A stretch of 64,000 nt of DNA from Geopsychrobacteraceae bacterium (GTDB lineage: Bacteria > Desulfobacterota > Desulfuromonadia > Desulfuromonadales > Geopsychrobacteraceae). Each line of letters begins with the position of its first letter. Within the stretch, counting starts at the first letter, position 1. The notes below the pieces were generated by a model. The model saw only the letters and a program-made list of their open reading frames with translations. It was not told where the DNA came from and ran no database searches. Both the position numbers and the translations under genes were made by a program. The DNA lies in assembly GCA_963676795.2 (NCBI GenBank), contig CAXXTB010000001.1, forward strand, positions 1,280,001 through 1,344,000. The letters are read 5' to 3'. Shown piece by piece: positions 1 to 7,531 of this stretch.

Positions 1-1
1 C

Positions 2-481
2 AAGGATATGATCGACAAGGATATGTTCGGTCTCAAAGGGTTCAAGATTGTCGCCACCAGCGAACCGATCATGTTGACCGAGGTACAGAACAAGGTGCGC
101 GATAACCAGTGGGTTGTTTTTCTCGGCTGGTCGCCGCACTACATGAACCAGATTATCGATATGAAGTACCTGACCGGCAGTACCGGGGCGACCTTCGGCG
201 ACAACGACGGCACCGCAACCGTCTATACCAATGTCCGCAAGGGTTTCGCCGAGGATGAGCCGAACGCAGCGCTGTTGATCAAGCAGATGATCTTCCCGAT
301 CGCGATGATGAACGAGATTTCCCGGCTGCTTAACGACGACAAGAGTCTCGATCACGAAGCGGCCGGACTCAAATGGCTTAAAACGCATCCGGATATCTAC
401 CGGAGTTGGCTGAAAGGGGTGAAGACCCTCGACGACAAACCGGGGTTGCCTGCATTCGAAGAGTTTCTTGCTGCCCACTGA
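2..481 (+). CDS. Glycine betaine/choline-type ABC transporter substrate-binding protein (OpuAC/ProX/ChoX family), C-terminal part; 5' end outside window
   Basis: Frame is open from the window edge. Motifs WVVFLGWSPHYMN, 'VYTNVRKGFAEDEPNAALLIKQ' and 'WLKTHPDIYRSWL' are typical of OpuAC-family C-termini. Confidence 0.8.
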   Translation, partial: KDMIDKDMFGLKGFKIVATSEPIMLTEVQNKVRDNQWVVFLGWSPHYMNQIIDMKYLTGSTGATFGDNDGTATVYTNVRKGFAEDEPNAALLIKQMIFPIAMMNEISRLLNDDKSLDHEAAGLKWLKTHPDIYRSWLKGVKTLDDKPGLPAFEEFLAAH

Positions 482-516
482 TATCCACTGAATTATCAAT
501 TTAATGCATTCGTCAT

Positions 517-556
517 CGCCCGTTTGAGGAGCGTGCTCCTCAAACGGGCGTTTTTT
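517..556 (+). terminator. Intrinsic terminator after the ABC substrate-binding gene
   Basis: Perfect 16-bp inverted repeat CGCCCGTTTGAGGAGC/GCTCCTCAAACGGGCG followed by T6. Confidence 0.85.
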
Positions 557-700
557 GATTGTTTCATCTATCAAGCCGGGAACCGGCTGTGCTATTCCGC
601 GAATTCAAGATGCAAGGCATCTTGTCTGAGCGTGCAGAGAGTTGCAGCCCAAAGGCTACGAAGATGTCGCGAAACGTTTACCAACGATGCCGTTGACGTT

Positions 701-770
701 AGAGTTTCTTTTGCGCCCTTTTCTTTGCGATCAAAGAAAAGGGCGTCGCCTGCCGGTGCGAGAACCGGCG
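701..770 (-). repeat. Structured intergenic repeat, copy 1 (GC hairpin + GGCGAC + pyrimidine/purine-tract hairpin + GCAAAAG)
   Basis: Reverse complement reads GCCGG-ttctcgca-CCGGC-AGGCGAC-GCCCTTTTCTTTG-atcg-CAAAGAAAAGGGC-GCAAAAGAAACTCT, the same layout as 809-877. Confidence 0.55.
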
Positions 771-808
771 GTTCTTTTCAAGGTTATCTCAATAGCGAAG
801 ATTAAGTT

Positions 809-877
809 CGCGGGGTTTCGCCCCCGCACGGCGACATCCTTTTATCCAGAGCCACAAAAGGATGCAAAAGGGCTCTT
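809..877 (+). repeat. Structured intergenic repeat, copy 2 (diverged, opposite orientation)
   Basis: GCGGGG-tttcgc-CCCCGC-ACGGCGAC-ATCCTTTT-atccagagccac-AAAAGGAT-GCAAAAGGGCTCT; shares motifs and stem layout with 701-770. Confidence 0.55.
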
Positions 878-1074
878 TTTATATTGTCGTTTTTCAGCCT
901 TTATTTCTTCGTAGCTTTACGCCCGCATCTGACAACGCGCCCTACGATGAGTTGACTCATCTAATGGGCAGAATCGGAAAAACTCAGCAAAGCTGAGTTT
1001 TGATAGAGGCAGTTGAAACGAACTTGCTTATATTTTCAGGCTTTTTTCCTCAGGCTGTGTTAATCACCTTACTA

Positions 1075-1103
1075 TTGACAAAAAAAAGGCGCTTTTTTAT
1101 GAT
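1075..1103 (+). promoter_or_regulatory. sigma70-type promoter of the riboswitch-controlled operon
   Basis: TTGACA (1075-1080), 17-nt spacer, TATGAT (1098-1103), immediately upstream of the riboswitch. Confidence 0.8.
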
Positions 1104-1107
1104 CCTC

Positions 1108-1343
1108 GTGACCGGGGTGCCTGCCTTTATTTAAAGGCGGGGTAATAGGAAAAACGGTGAAAATCCGTTGCATACCAGCCATTGCCGTGAACGGGGACGA
1201 CGGCCTGCTTTTATGCCACTCATCTTTGATGGGGAAGGCGCAGGCCCGAGGATGATCCGTTAGCCGGAAAGCCTGCCCAGGTAACATATCTCAAGGAAGC
1301 CCGCTGGAACCTTTCCTGTATACACCCGTATCAGGAGGATTCC
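1108..1343 (+). promoter_or_regulatory. Cobalamin (corrinoid) riboswitch: aptamer ~1108-1285 plus expression platform to 1343
   Basis: Ordered conserved elements GGTGC...TAATAGGAAA, P4 T-loop AACGG-TGAAAAT-CCGTT, GCCGTGA, GCCACT...GGGAAGGC and B12-box-like AGCCGGAAAGCCTGCC. Lies upstream of a cobT-containing operon. Confidence 0.9.
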
Positions 1344-2450
1344 ATGACGCTCGAAAAGAACAGAGCCTTTGGTGCGCTCATCACCCGTCTCATCAACAAA
1401 GACAACCTCTCCCGAGAAGAAGCCTACAGTGCCTTTTCAACGATTTTAAGCAATACCACCACTGAGTTGCAGCAGGGTGCTTTTCTCTCTGCCCTGACGG
1501 CAAAAGGGGAAACGGCCCAGGAAGTTGCCGGTGCCTGGGAAGCGATCTACCAGCTCGATACGACCAAGGTGGCTATCGATCTGGCTGTCGCGGAAAATTC
1601 CGGAACCGGGATGGACAGTTTCAAGACCTTCAACATCAGTACCGCAGCTTCGATTATCGCCGCTGCCGGTGAGGTGCCGATGGCTCGTCACGGCGCCCGG
1701 GCGATCACCTCGATGTGCGGCACCGTCGATATGGCTGAGGCTCTCGGGGTCGATGTCGAGTGCGATGCTGAGACCGTGGCCCGGAGTATCGAAAAGGTCG
1801 GCCTTGGTCTGTTCAATGGCATGAGCCCGCAGATCCACCCCAATGCGCTGGGGCGGATTCTCTCCCAGATCTATTTCGGTTCAACCCTGAATATCGCCGC
1901 GTCGCTGGCCAACCCGGCACTGCCGAAGATCGGTGTCCGGGGGGTCTATGCCAAAGAAATGATCATGCCCGTCGCCGAAGTGATGAGTGAAATCGGTTAT
2001 CATAGCGCCCTGGTTCTGCACGGTGAAACAGGCAGCGGCCTGGGCATGGACGAAGCCTCCATCTGTGGCGCCACCTATTGCGCCCGCATCAGCCAGGATG
2101 CGAGTACGGGAGCCAAGGCCATTGAACAGTTCAGTATCGATCCGCAAAAACTTGGCCTGGCGGTCTCCTCTCTCGATGCTCTGAAACCCGAAGCGAACAT
2201 CAAGGCCGAATCTGTCCGCTTTGCCGGCCTGATGGCGAACAGGGAAGAGGGTGCCAGAAAGAATGCCGCAACCCTCAATGCCGGTCTGATCTTCCTGGCC
2301 GCCGGTAAAGCCGATAGTCTGGAGGACGGGGTTCAGCAGGCGACCGTTCTGCTAGAATCGGGCAAGGCTTTTGCTACCCTGGAACGCTGGGTCGCCACCC
2401 AGAACCGTACCCCGGAACAAGGCCTTGAAAAACTTCATGCTCTGATCTGA
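1344..2450 (+). CDS. Anthranilate phosphoribosyltransferase-like protein (TrpD / glycosyltransferase family 3 fold), divergent active site
   Basis: N-terminal helical domain (QQGAFLSALTAKGET), GTGMD..TFNIST PRPP loop, RHGAR, LANP, VLHG..GMDE; AGGAGG SD. Confidence 0.85.
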   Translation: MTLEKNRAFGALITRLINKDNLSREEAYSAFSTILSNTTTELQQGAFLSALTAKGETAQEVAGAWEAIYQLDTTKVAIDLAVAENSGTGMDSFKTFNISTAASIIAAAGEVPMARHGARAITSMCGTVDMAEALGVDVECDAETVARSIEKVGLGLFNGMSPQIHPNALGRILSQIYFGSTLNIAASLANPALPKIGVRGVYAKEMIMPVAEVMSEIGYHSALVLHGETGSGLGMDEASICGATYCARISQDASTGAKAIEQFSIDPQKLGLAVSSLDALKPEANIKAESVRFAGLMANREEGARKNAATLNAGLIFLAAGKADSLEDGVQQATVLLESGKAFATLERWVATQNRTPEQGLEKLHALI

Positions 2451-2508
2451 TTGATAAAGGCAGGTTTGGTCGCTTGACCGGGCCTGCAAATCGAGTCTGG
2501 AGATTTTT

Positions 2509-2709
2509 ATGGAACTGTTGATTATCAAATGTGGCGAACGCTATCTCAAGACGAGCGCGGCTGACTACGAGCTCGTCGATTTCAATAAAGCGTCTGTCTT
2601 TCCTCTGCACCAGCTGGAGCAGGTCCGGGACATGGAAACCAGGGCTCTGGCACAGGGCTTTTCTGAACTGTGCGTCAAAAAGCTGGTACTGACCGAGGAG
2701 GATCTGTGA
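2509..2709 (+). CDS. Small hypothetical protein (66 aa)
   Basis: GGAGA SD upstream of ATG; stop overlaps the next start (TGATG); protein-like composition. Confidence 0.7.
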   Translation: MELLIIKCGERYLKTSAADYELVDFNKASVFPLHQLEQVRDMETRALAQGFSELCVKKLVLTEEDL

Positions 2710-4862
2710 TGATTCGGATGCAACTGACCGGCCTGCGTCAGCTTGACGTTCAGCCGCAGCCGCCGCTGCTTGCGCCGACCGATAAGAGCCAGGCGCTGGT
2801 CGAGGTGCTGGCCTGCGCCATCTGCCGCACCGATGCCAAGATGTGGGAGCAGGGGCACCGTGATCTGGTTTTTCCCCGGGTACTCGGTCATGAGATGATC
2901 GTCCGGGCGGAAGACGGCCGGCGTTATATCGTCTGGCCGGGCTCCAGTTGCGGAACTTGTTCCTATTGTCTGGCCGGTAAGGAAAATCTCTGTGACGATA
3001 TGAAAATCGCCGGTTTTCATCATGACGGCGGTTTTGCCCATCAGGCCCTGGTTCCATCAAGTGGCCTCATCCCCGTTCCCGACCAGCTCGATAATCACGT
3101 CGCCTGCTTTGCTGAACCGGTCGGTTGTGTCATCAATGCCTTTGACAAGCTGCCAATCGCTGCCGGAAAAAAACTGCTGATCTACGGCGGTGGTACGATG
3201 GGCCTGATCTCTGCCCTCTACGCCCGCCAGCTTGGCCTTGAGCCGCTGATTCTGGAAAAGGATGAAGCGAAAATCCGCAAGATCAAGCCGATTCTGGTAG
3301 AAGAAAACCTGGTTTGCTGCAAGGAGACCCTCCAGAGCCTGTTCGATCTGGTCATCAATACCTGTCCTGATTACATCGCCTTCTGCCAGGCGATCAGCAA
3401 GGTCGACAAGGGGGGGCACATCTCATTCTTTTCCGGTATCTCGAAAAATGAAACACTGGAGACCAACCTCGTCAACCTGATCCACTACAAGGAGGCCACG
3501 GTTTCAGGGGCCTACGGTATGAAACAGTCGGACATGGAACGGGCTGTTCCGTTCCTGATTTCTCATGCCGCATCTCTTACGCGCCTTATCGAAGCGGTTG
3601 TCAGCCCCGAACAGGCTCCGGCTCTCATGCCGGAGGTTCTTTCCGGCAAGCGGCTTAAATATATCCTCGATTTTACCCCTACAATAAATACGGAGGATAA
3701 ACGCAGGGAGAAGATACAGGCCGATCAGGTTACAGAACAAAAGGATGAATATCTCCCTCGTCATTCTATCCTGCCCGAAGGAAGTTTGTGCCGCCGGGTC
3801 GTCGAATCTGTTTTTTCTCTTGATAAGCATCTTTCTGCCGAAGCAGAAGCAAAGATGGATGACAAGGCTAAGCCACTCGGGTCGCTTGGCAGGCTGGAAC
3901 CTCTGGCGATCAGCATCTGCAGAATCCAGAGAACATTGCAGCCCCGGCTTCAGCGCAAAGGGATGCTGGTTTTTGCTGCCGATCATGGCGTGGTCGAAGA
4001 GGGTGTGTCGGCGTACCCTGCCGAGGTTACGGGACAGATGGTCGACAACTATCTGAACGGCGGCGCGGCCATCAATGTCATCTGCCGTCGCTATGCGATT
4101 GATATGAAGATCGTCGATATGGGGGTGAAGAAGGATTTTTCAGCTCACTCGGATCTGATCCGGGCCAAGGTCGCGGCCGGGACACGGAATATGGCACTGC
4201 AAACAGCGATGACCCATGATCAGGCGATACAGGCTCTTGAAAGTGGCATTCAGGCATTCTTCTCATTGAACGACACCGAGGATGGGCCATTGCAGATACT
4301 TGGCCTCGGCGAGATGGGGATCGGCAACACCACATCAGCGGCGGCGATCATCTCCGTTATTACCGGGATCACACCTGGTCAGGCTACTGGGCGGGGGACC
4401 GGGGTCGATGATGAAGGGCTGAAGCATAAGACCGAGGTCATCGAAAAGATCCTCGCTTTTCATCAGCTGGACGGTAGCAACGGTCTGGAGATTTTAATCG
4501 CGATTGGTGGCTTTGAACTGGCCGGGATCGCCGGGGCGGCATTAGCGGCAGCTTCACAGGGCTGCGCCGTGGTTCTGGACGGTGTTATTTCAACCGCTGC
4601 GGGGTTGATTGCCTATCTGTTCAACCCGGCAATCAGGGATTACCTGATCGCCGGGCATAAATCCGTTGAGCAGGCCCAATCCGCAGCCCTTGCATATATG
4701 GGGCTCGATCCGGTCGTCGATCTGGCGATGCGTCTTGGCGAAGGAACAGGTGCCGCACTGACCATCGACCTGGCCGCAACCGCCTGCCAGTTGATGAGTG
4801 AAATGGCCTCTTTCGATGAAGCCAAGATTTCCAGATCAGGAACAAAAAAGCCGGCAGATTGA
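2709..4862 (+). CDS. cobT: Fusion protein: N-terminal Zn-dependent medium-chain dehydrogenase (sorbitol/threonine dehydrogenase-like) + C-terminal nicotinate-nucleotide:dimethylbenzimidazole phosphoribosyltransferase
   Basis: MDR motifs ICRTD, GHE, CGTCSYC..ENLC, EPVGC, GGGTMG. CobT motifs KPLGSLGRLE, AADHGV, GEMGIGNTT, GRGTG, GGFE, RLGEGTGA. One uninterrupted frame; start placed at the TGATG overlap. Confidence 0.9.
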   Translation: MIRMQLTGLRQLDVQPQPPLLAPTDKSQALVEVLACAICRTDAKMWEQGHRDLVFPRVLGHEMIVRAEDGRRYIVWPGSSCGTCSYCLAGKENLCDDMKIAGFHHDGGFAHQALVPSSGLIPVPDQLDNHVACFAEPVGCVINAFDKLPIAAGKKLLIYGGGTMGLISALYARQLGLEPLILEKDEAKIRKIKPILVEENLVCCKETLQSLFDLVINTCPDYIAFCQAISKVDKGGHISFFSGISKNETLETNLVNLIHYKEATVSGAYGMKQSDMERAVPFLISHAASLTRLIEAVVSPEQAPALMPEVLSGKRLKYILDFTPTINTEDKRREKIQADQVTEQKDEYLPRHSILPEGSLCRRVVESVFSLDKHLSAEAEAKMDDKAKPLGSLGRLEPLAISICRIQRTLQPRLQRKGMLVFAADHGVVEEGVSAYPAEVTGQMVDNYLNGGAAINVICRRYAIDMKIVDMGVKKDFSAHSDLIRAKVAAGTRNMALQTAMTHDQAIQALESGIQAFFSLNDTEDGPLQILGLGEMGIGNTTSAAAIISVITGITPGQATGRGTGVDDEGLKHKTEVIEKILAFHQLDGSNGLEILIAIGGFELAGIAGAALAAASQGCAVVLDGVISTAAGLIAYLFNPAIRDYLIAGHKSVEQAQSAALAYMGLDPVVDLAMRLGEGTGAALTIDLAATACQLMSEMASFDEAKISRSGTKKPAD

Positions 4863-4875
4863 GCCGGCTTTTTTT
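4844..4875. terminator. Bidirectional terminator between the convergent cobT fusion and rlmD
   Basis: AAAAAAGCCGGC-agattga-GCCGGCTTTTTTT, overlapping the cobT stop codon. Confidence 0.8.
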
Positions 4876-4878
4876 GCA

Positions 4879-6270
4879 TTAATTCAGTTTCAGCTGGACC
4901 ACCGTCTCGATGTGCGAGGTCTGCGGGAACATGTCGACCGGCTGAACCTGGACGACTTGGTAGCCGCCGTTTTTGAGGATCGCCAGGTCGCGGGCGAGGC
5001 TGTCCGGATCGCAGGAGACGTAGATGATCTGCTTGGGGCGCATCTGGTTGAGAGCGTTCAGAACTTCCTCATCGCAGCCTTTACGTGGCGGATTGAGGGT
5101 CACCAGGGAAAATCGTTCGTTATGGTCCTGGTATTCGCCGATCAGTTCTGCCGCGTCGCCGGCGAAGAAATGGCAGTTGCCAAGACTGTTCAGTTTGGCA
5201 TTCTCGGTCGCGTTGCGTACCGCCTGCTCGACATATTCAATACCGTCCACGCGGCCTGCGTCCTGGGCCAGGTGCAGGGCGATGCCGCCGATGCCGCAGT
5301 AGAGATCGAGGGCCGCATCCTGTTTGCTCAGGTTCGCCCAGCTGCGGACCAGCCGGTAGATGCGCGCCGCCTGCAGGGTGTTGATCTGAAAGAACGACTC
5401 CGGCGCCATGCGCACCGAGACATCACCGACCTGGTCGATCAGGTCAGGCAGGCCGAGCAGCTTGATCGTTTCATCGCCGATGATAACGTTGCCGGTCGAG
5501 CTGTTGATGTTCTCGTGGACGCCGATCACCTCAGGCACCTTGCGGGTCAGCCATTTGGCCAGTTTCGGCAGCTGCTGCAGGTCCTTGAAGTTGCTGACGA
5601 AGGTGACCAGTGCCTTGTTGTGGATCGGGCTGACGCGGATCAGCAGGTAGCGCAACAGGCCGCGCTGGTGCTTGGCTGAATAGACGGAGATCCTCTGACG
5701 CTCGACCTCCTCCCTGACCACTGCGACGATCTTATTGATCAGCGGGTGGTGAACCGGGCAGTCAGGGCAGTCGACGACATCGTGGGTGCCGCGCCGGTAG
5801 AGGCCGATCGACACCTTCTCCCGTTTGCGGGAAAAGGTCAGCTTGGCGCTGGCGCGATAGCCGACGGCGTTCTCTGAAGGGATGACCGCATTGACCTGTT
5901 CGCTGGAAACGATCTGCTGTTCCTTCAGCGCATTGGCCACCCGGGTCTGCTTGTAGAGCAGCTGGTCGGGATATTTCATGGCGATCAGCGGGCAGCCGAG
6001 GCAGGCCTGCTCCTTGCTGCACAGCGTCCGCGCGCTGCGGGTTCTGGCCGAATGCACGACCTTGCGCAGGTTGGTGTAGATATGAGTGCGGCCGACATGT
6101 TCGATTTCGGCGATGACTGTATCACCCGGCAGGGCGCCCTGGATCAGGGCGGTTTTGCCTTCATGTTTGGCCAGGCCGATCCCTTCATTGTCCAGAGCTT
6201 CGATGGTCAGTTTCAGGGGTGGATCTGGTTGTTTCCCAGTGCGTTCTTTGTTGCCGGCTTTCTTTGCCAT
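4879..6270 (-). CDS. rlmD: 23S rRNA m5U1939 methyltransferase (RlmD/TrmA family)
   Basis: N-terminal TRAM domain, Fe-S motif CSKEQACLGC, SFFQIN, LDLYCGIGG, NPPRKG, YVSCDP, DMFPQTSHIE. Confidence 0.9.
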   Translation of the reverse strand: MAKKAGNKERTGKQPDPPLKLTIEALDNEGIGLAKHEGKTALIQGALPGDTVIAEIEHVGRTHIYTNLRKVVHSARTRSARTLCSKEQACLGCPLIAMKYPDQLLYKQTRVANALKEQQIVSSEQVNAVIPSENAVGYRASAKLTFSRKREKVSIGLYRRGTHDVVDCPDCPVHHPLINKIVAVVREEVERQRISVYSAKHQRGLLRYLLIRVSPIHNKALVTFVSNFKDLQQLPKLAKWLTRKVPEVIGVHENINSSTGNVIIGDETIKLLGLPDLIDQVGDVSVRMAPESFFQINTLQAARIYRLVRSWANLSKQDAALDLYCGIGGIALHLAQDAGRVDGIEYVEQAVRNATENAKLNSLGNCHFFAGDAAELIGEYQDHNERFSLVTLNPPRKGCDEEVLNALNQMRPKQIIYVSCDPDSLARDLAILKNGGYQVVQVQPVDMFPQTSHIETVVQLKLN

Positions 6271-6389
6271 GTCGGTGCTCTCTTTGCTTCTCTATATATA
6301 ATGGTTCCGCCGTATGCCATTGCAGGCGAGGCGCGAAGGGTACTCTTCTTTTAAGTGCCTGTCAAACCTATAGAAGTTTTTGCGGACAC

Positions 6390-6418
6390 TTGCCAGTTTT
6401 GTCCAAGTTTATTAAACT
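6390..6418 (+). promoter_or_regulatory. Putative sigma70 promoter of ispG
   Basis: TTGCCA-N17-TAAACT in the divergent rlmD/ispG gap. Confidence 0.45.
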
Positions 6419-6460
6419 TCGCTCGCAAGTAAAATTCCTTATTGATGAAAGAGTCATATT

Positions 6461-7531
6461 TTGCGCCATAGAACCCGTCAAGTTCAATTAGGTTCCGTCA
6501 AAATCGGTGGTGATGCGCCGGTTTCCGTTCAGTCGATGACCAATACCGATACCCGCGATGTCGTGGCCACCCTGGAGCAGATCGAGCGGCTGGCCAAGGC
6601 CGGCTGTGAGATCGTCCGCTGCGCGGTGCCTGATCAGGCCGCGGCCGAAGCTCTCGGTACGATCGTGCGGGGGAGTTCTCTGCCGCTGATCGCCGATATC
6701 CATTTCGATTACAGGCTGGCTCTGGCTGCCGTGGAGTCGGGGGTTGCCGGTTTGCGTCTCAATCCCGGTAATATCGGCGAGACCTGGAAGGTCGCTGAGG
6801 TCGTCAGCGCCTGTCGCGAGCGCCAGCTGCCGATCCGTATCGGCGTCAATGCCGGTTCGCTGGAACCGGAATTGCTGCGCAAATACGGGCACCCGACCTC
6901 TGAAGCGATGGTTGAAAGCGCGCTCGGCCATATTCGCATCCTCGAAGAGCTGAATTATGAGCAGATCAAGGTCAGTCTCAAGGCCTCCGATATTGCCCGC
7001 ACCGTCGATGCTTATCGGCTGCTGGCCAAACAGTGCGATTATCCGCTGCATATCGGTATTACTGAGGCGGGCACGACCTGGAGCGGCACGATCAAGAGTG
7101 CCATCGGCCTGGGGATGCTGCTCTATGACGGAATCGGTGATACCCTGCGCGTTTCGCTGACTGGCGACCCGGTCGAGGAGGTGCGGGTCGGCTGGGAGAT
7201 TCTCAAGAGTCTGCGGCTGCGCGAAAAGGGGCCGATATTCATCAGCTGTCCGACCTGTGGGCGCTGTCAGATCGATCTGATCGGCACCGCCGAAGAGGTC
7301 GAAAGGCGGCTGCAGGATCTGCCCCTGCCGATCACCATCGCGGTCATGGGCTGTGTCGTCAACGGTCCGGGGGAAGCACGTGAAGCCGATCTGGGGATCG
7401 CCGGCGGCAAGGGGCAGGGAATCCTGTTCCGGCGCGGCGAGATTGTCCGCAAGGTGCCACAGGCCGAATTGGCCGATGTGCTGGTCGAGGAAGCCTGGAA
7501 GCTGGTCGGGGAATCTGGTGAGCAAGATTGA
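6461..7531 (+). CDS. ispG: (E)-4-hydroxy-3-methylbut-2-enyl diphosphate synthase
   Basis: VQSMTNT, ADIHFD, RLNPGNIG, RIGVNAGSL, SCPTCGR, AVMGCVVNGPGEA; TTG start. Confidence 0.97.
   Translation: MRHRTRQVQLGSVKIGGDAPVSVQSMTNTDTRDVVATLEQIERLAKAGCEIVRCAVPDQAAAEALGTIVRGSSLPLIADIHFDYRLALAAVESGVAGLRLNPGNIGETWKVAEVVSACRERQLPIRIGVNAGSLEPELLRKYGHPTSEAMVESALGHIRILEELNYEQIKVSLKASDIARTVDAYRLLAKQCDYPLHIGITEAGTTWSGTIKSAIGLGMLLYDGIGDTLRVSLTGDPVEEVRVGWEILKSLRLREKGPIFISCPTCGRCQIDLIGTAEEVERRLQDLPLPITIAVMGCVVNGPGEAREADLGIAGGKGQGILFRRGEIVRKVPQAELADVLVEEAWKLVGESGEQD

Noticed and set aside
524..1287. Short ORFs 524-805, 642-914 and 1072-1287
   Set aside because: They overlap a terminator, structured repeats and the riboswitch, have no SD and are not protein-like.
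1344..2450. Calling this gene a canonical trpD
   Set aside because: Key anthranilate-binding motif residues are altered, there is no trp operon context, and it is under corrinoid riboswitch control.
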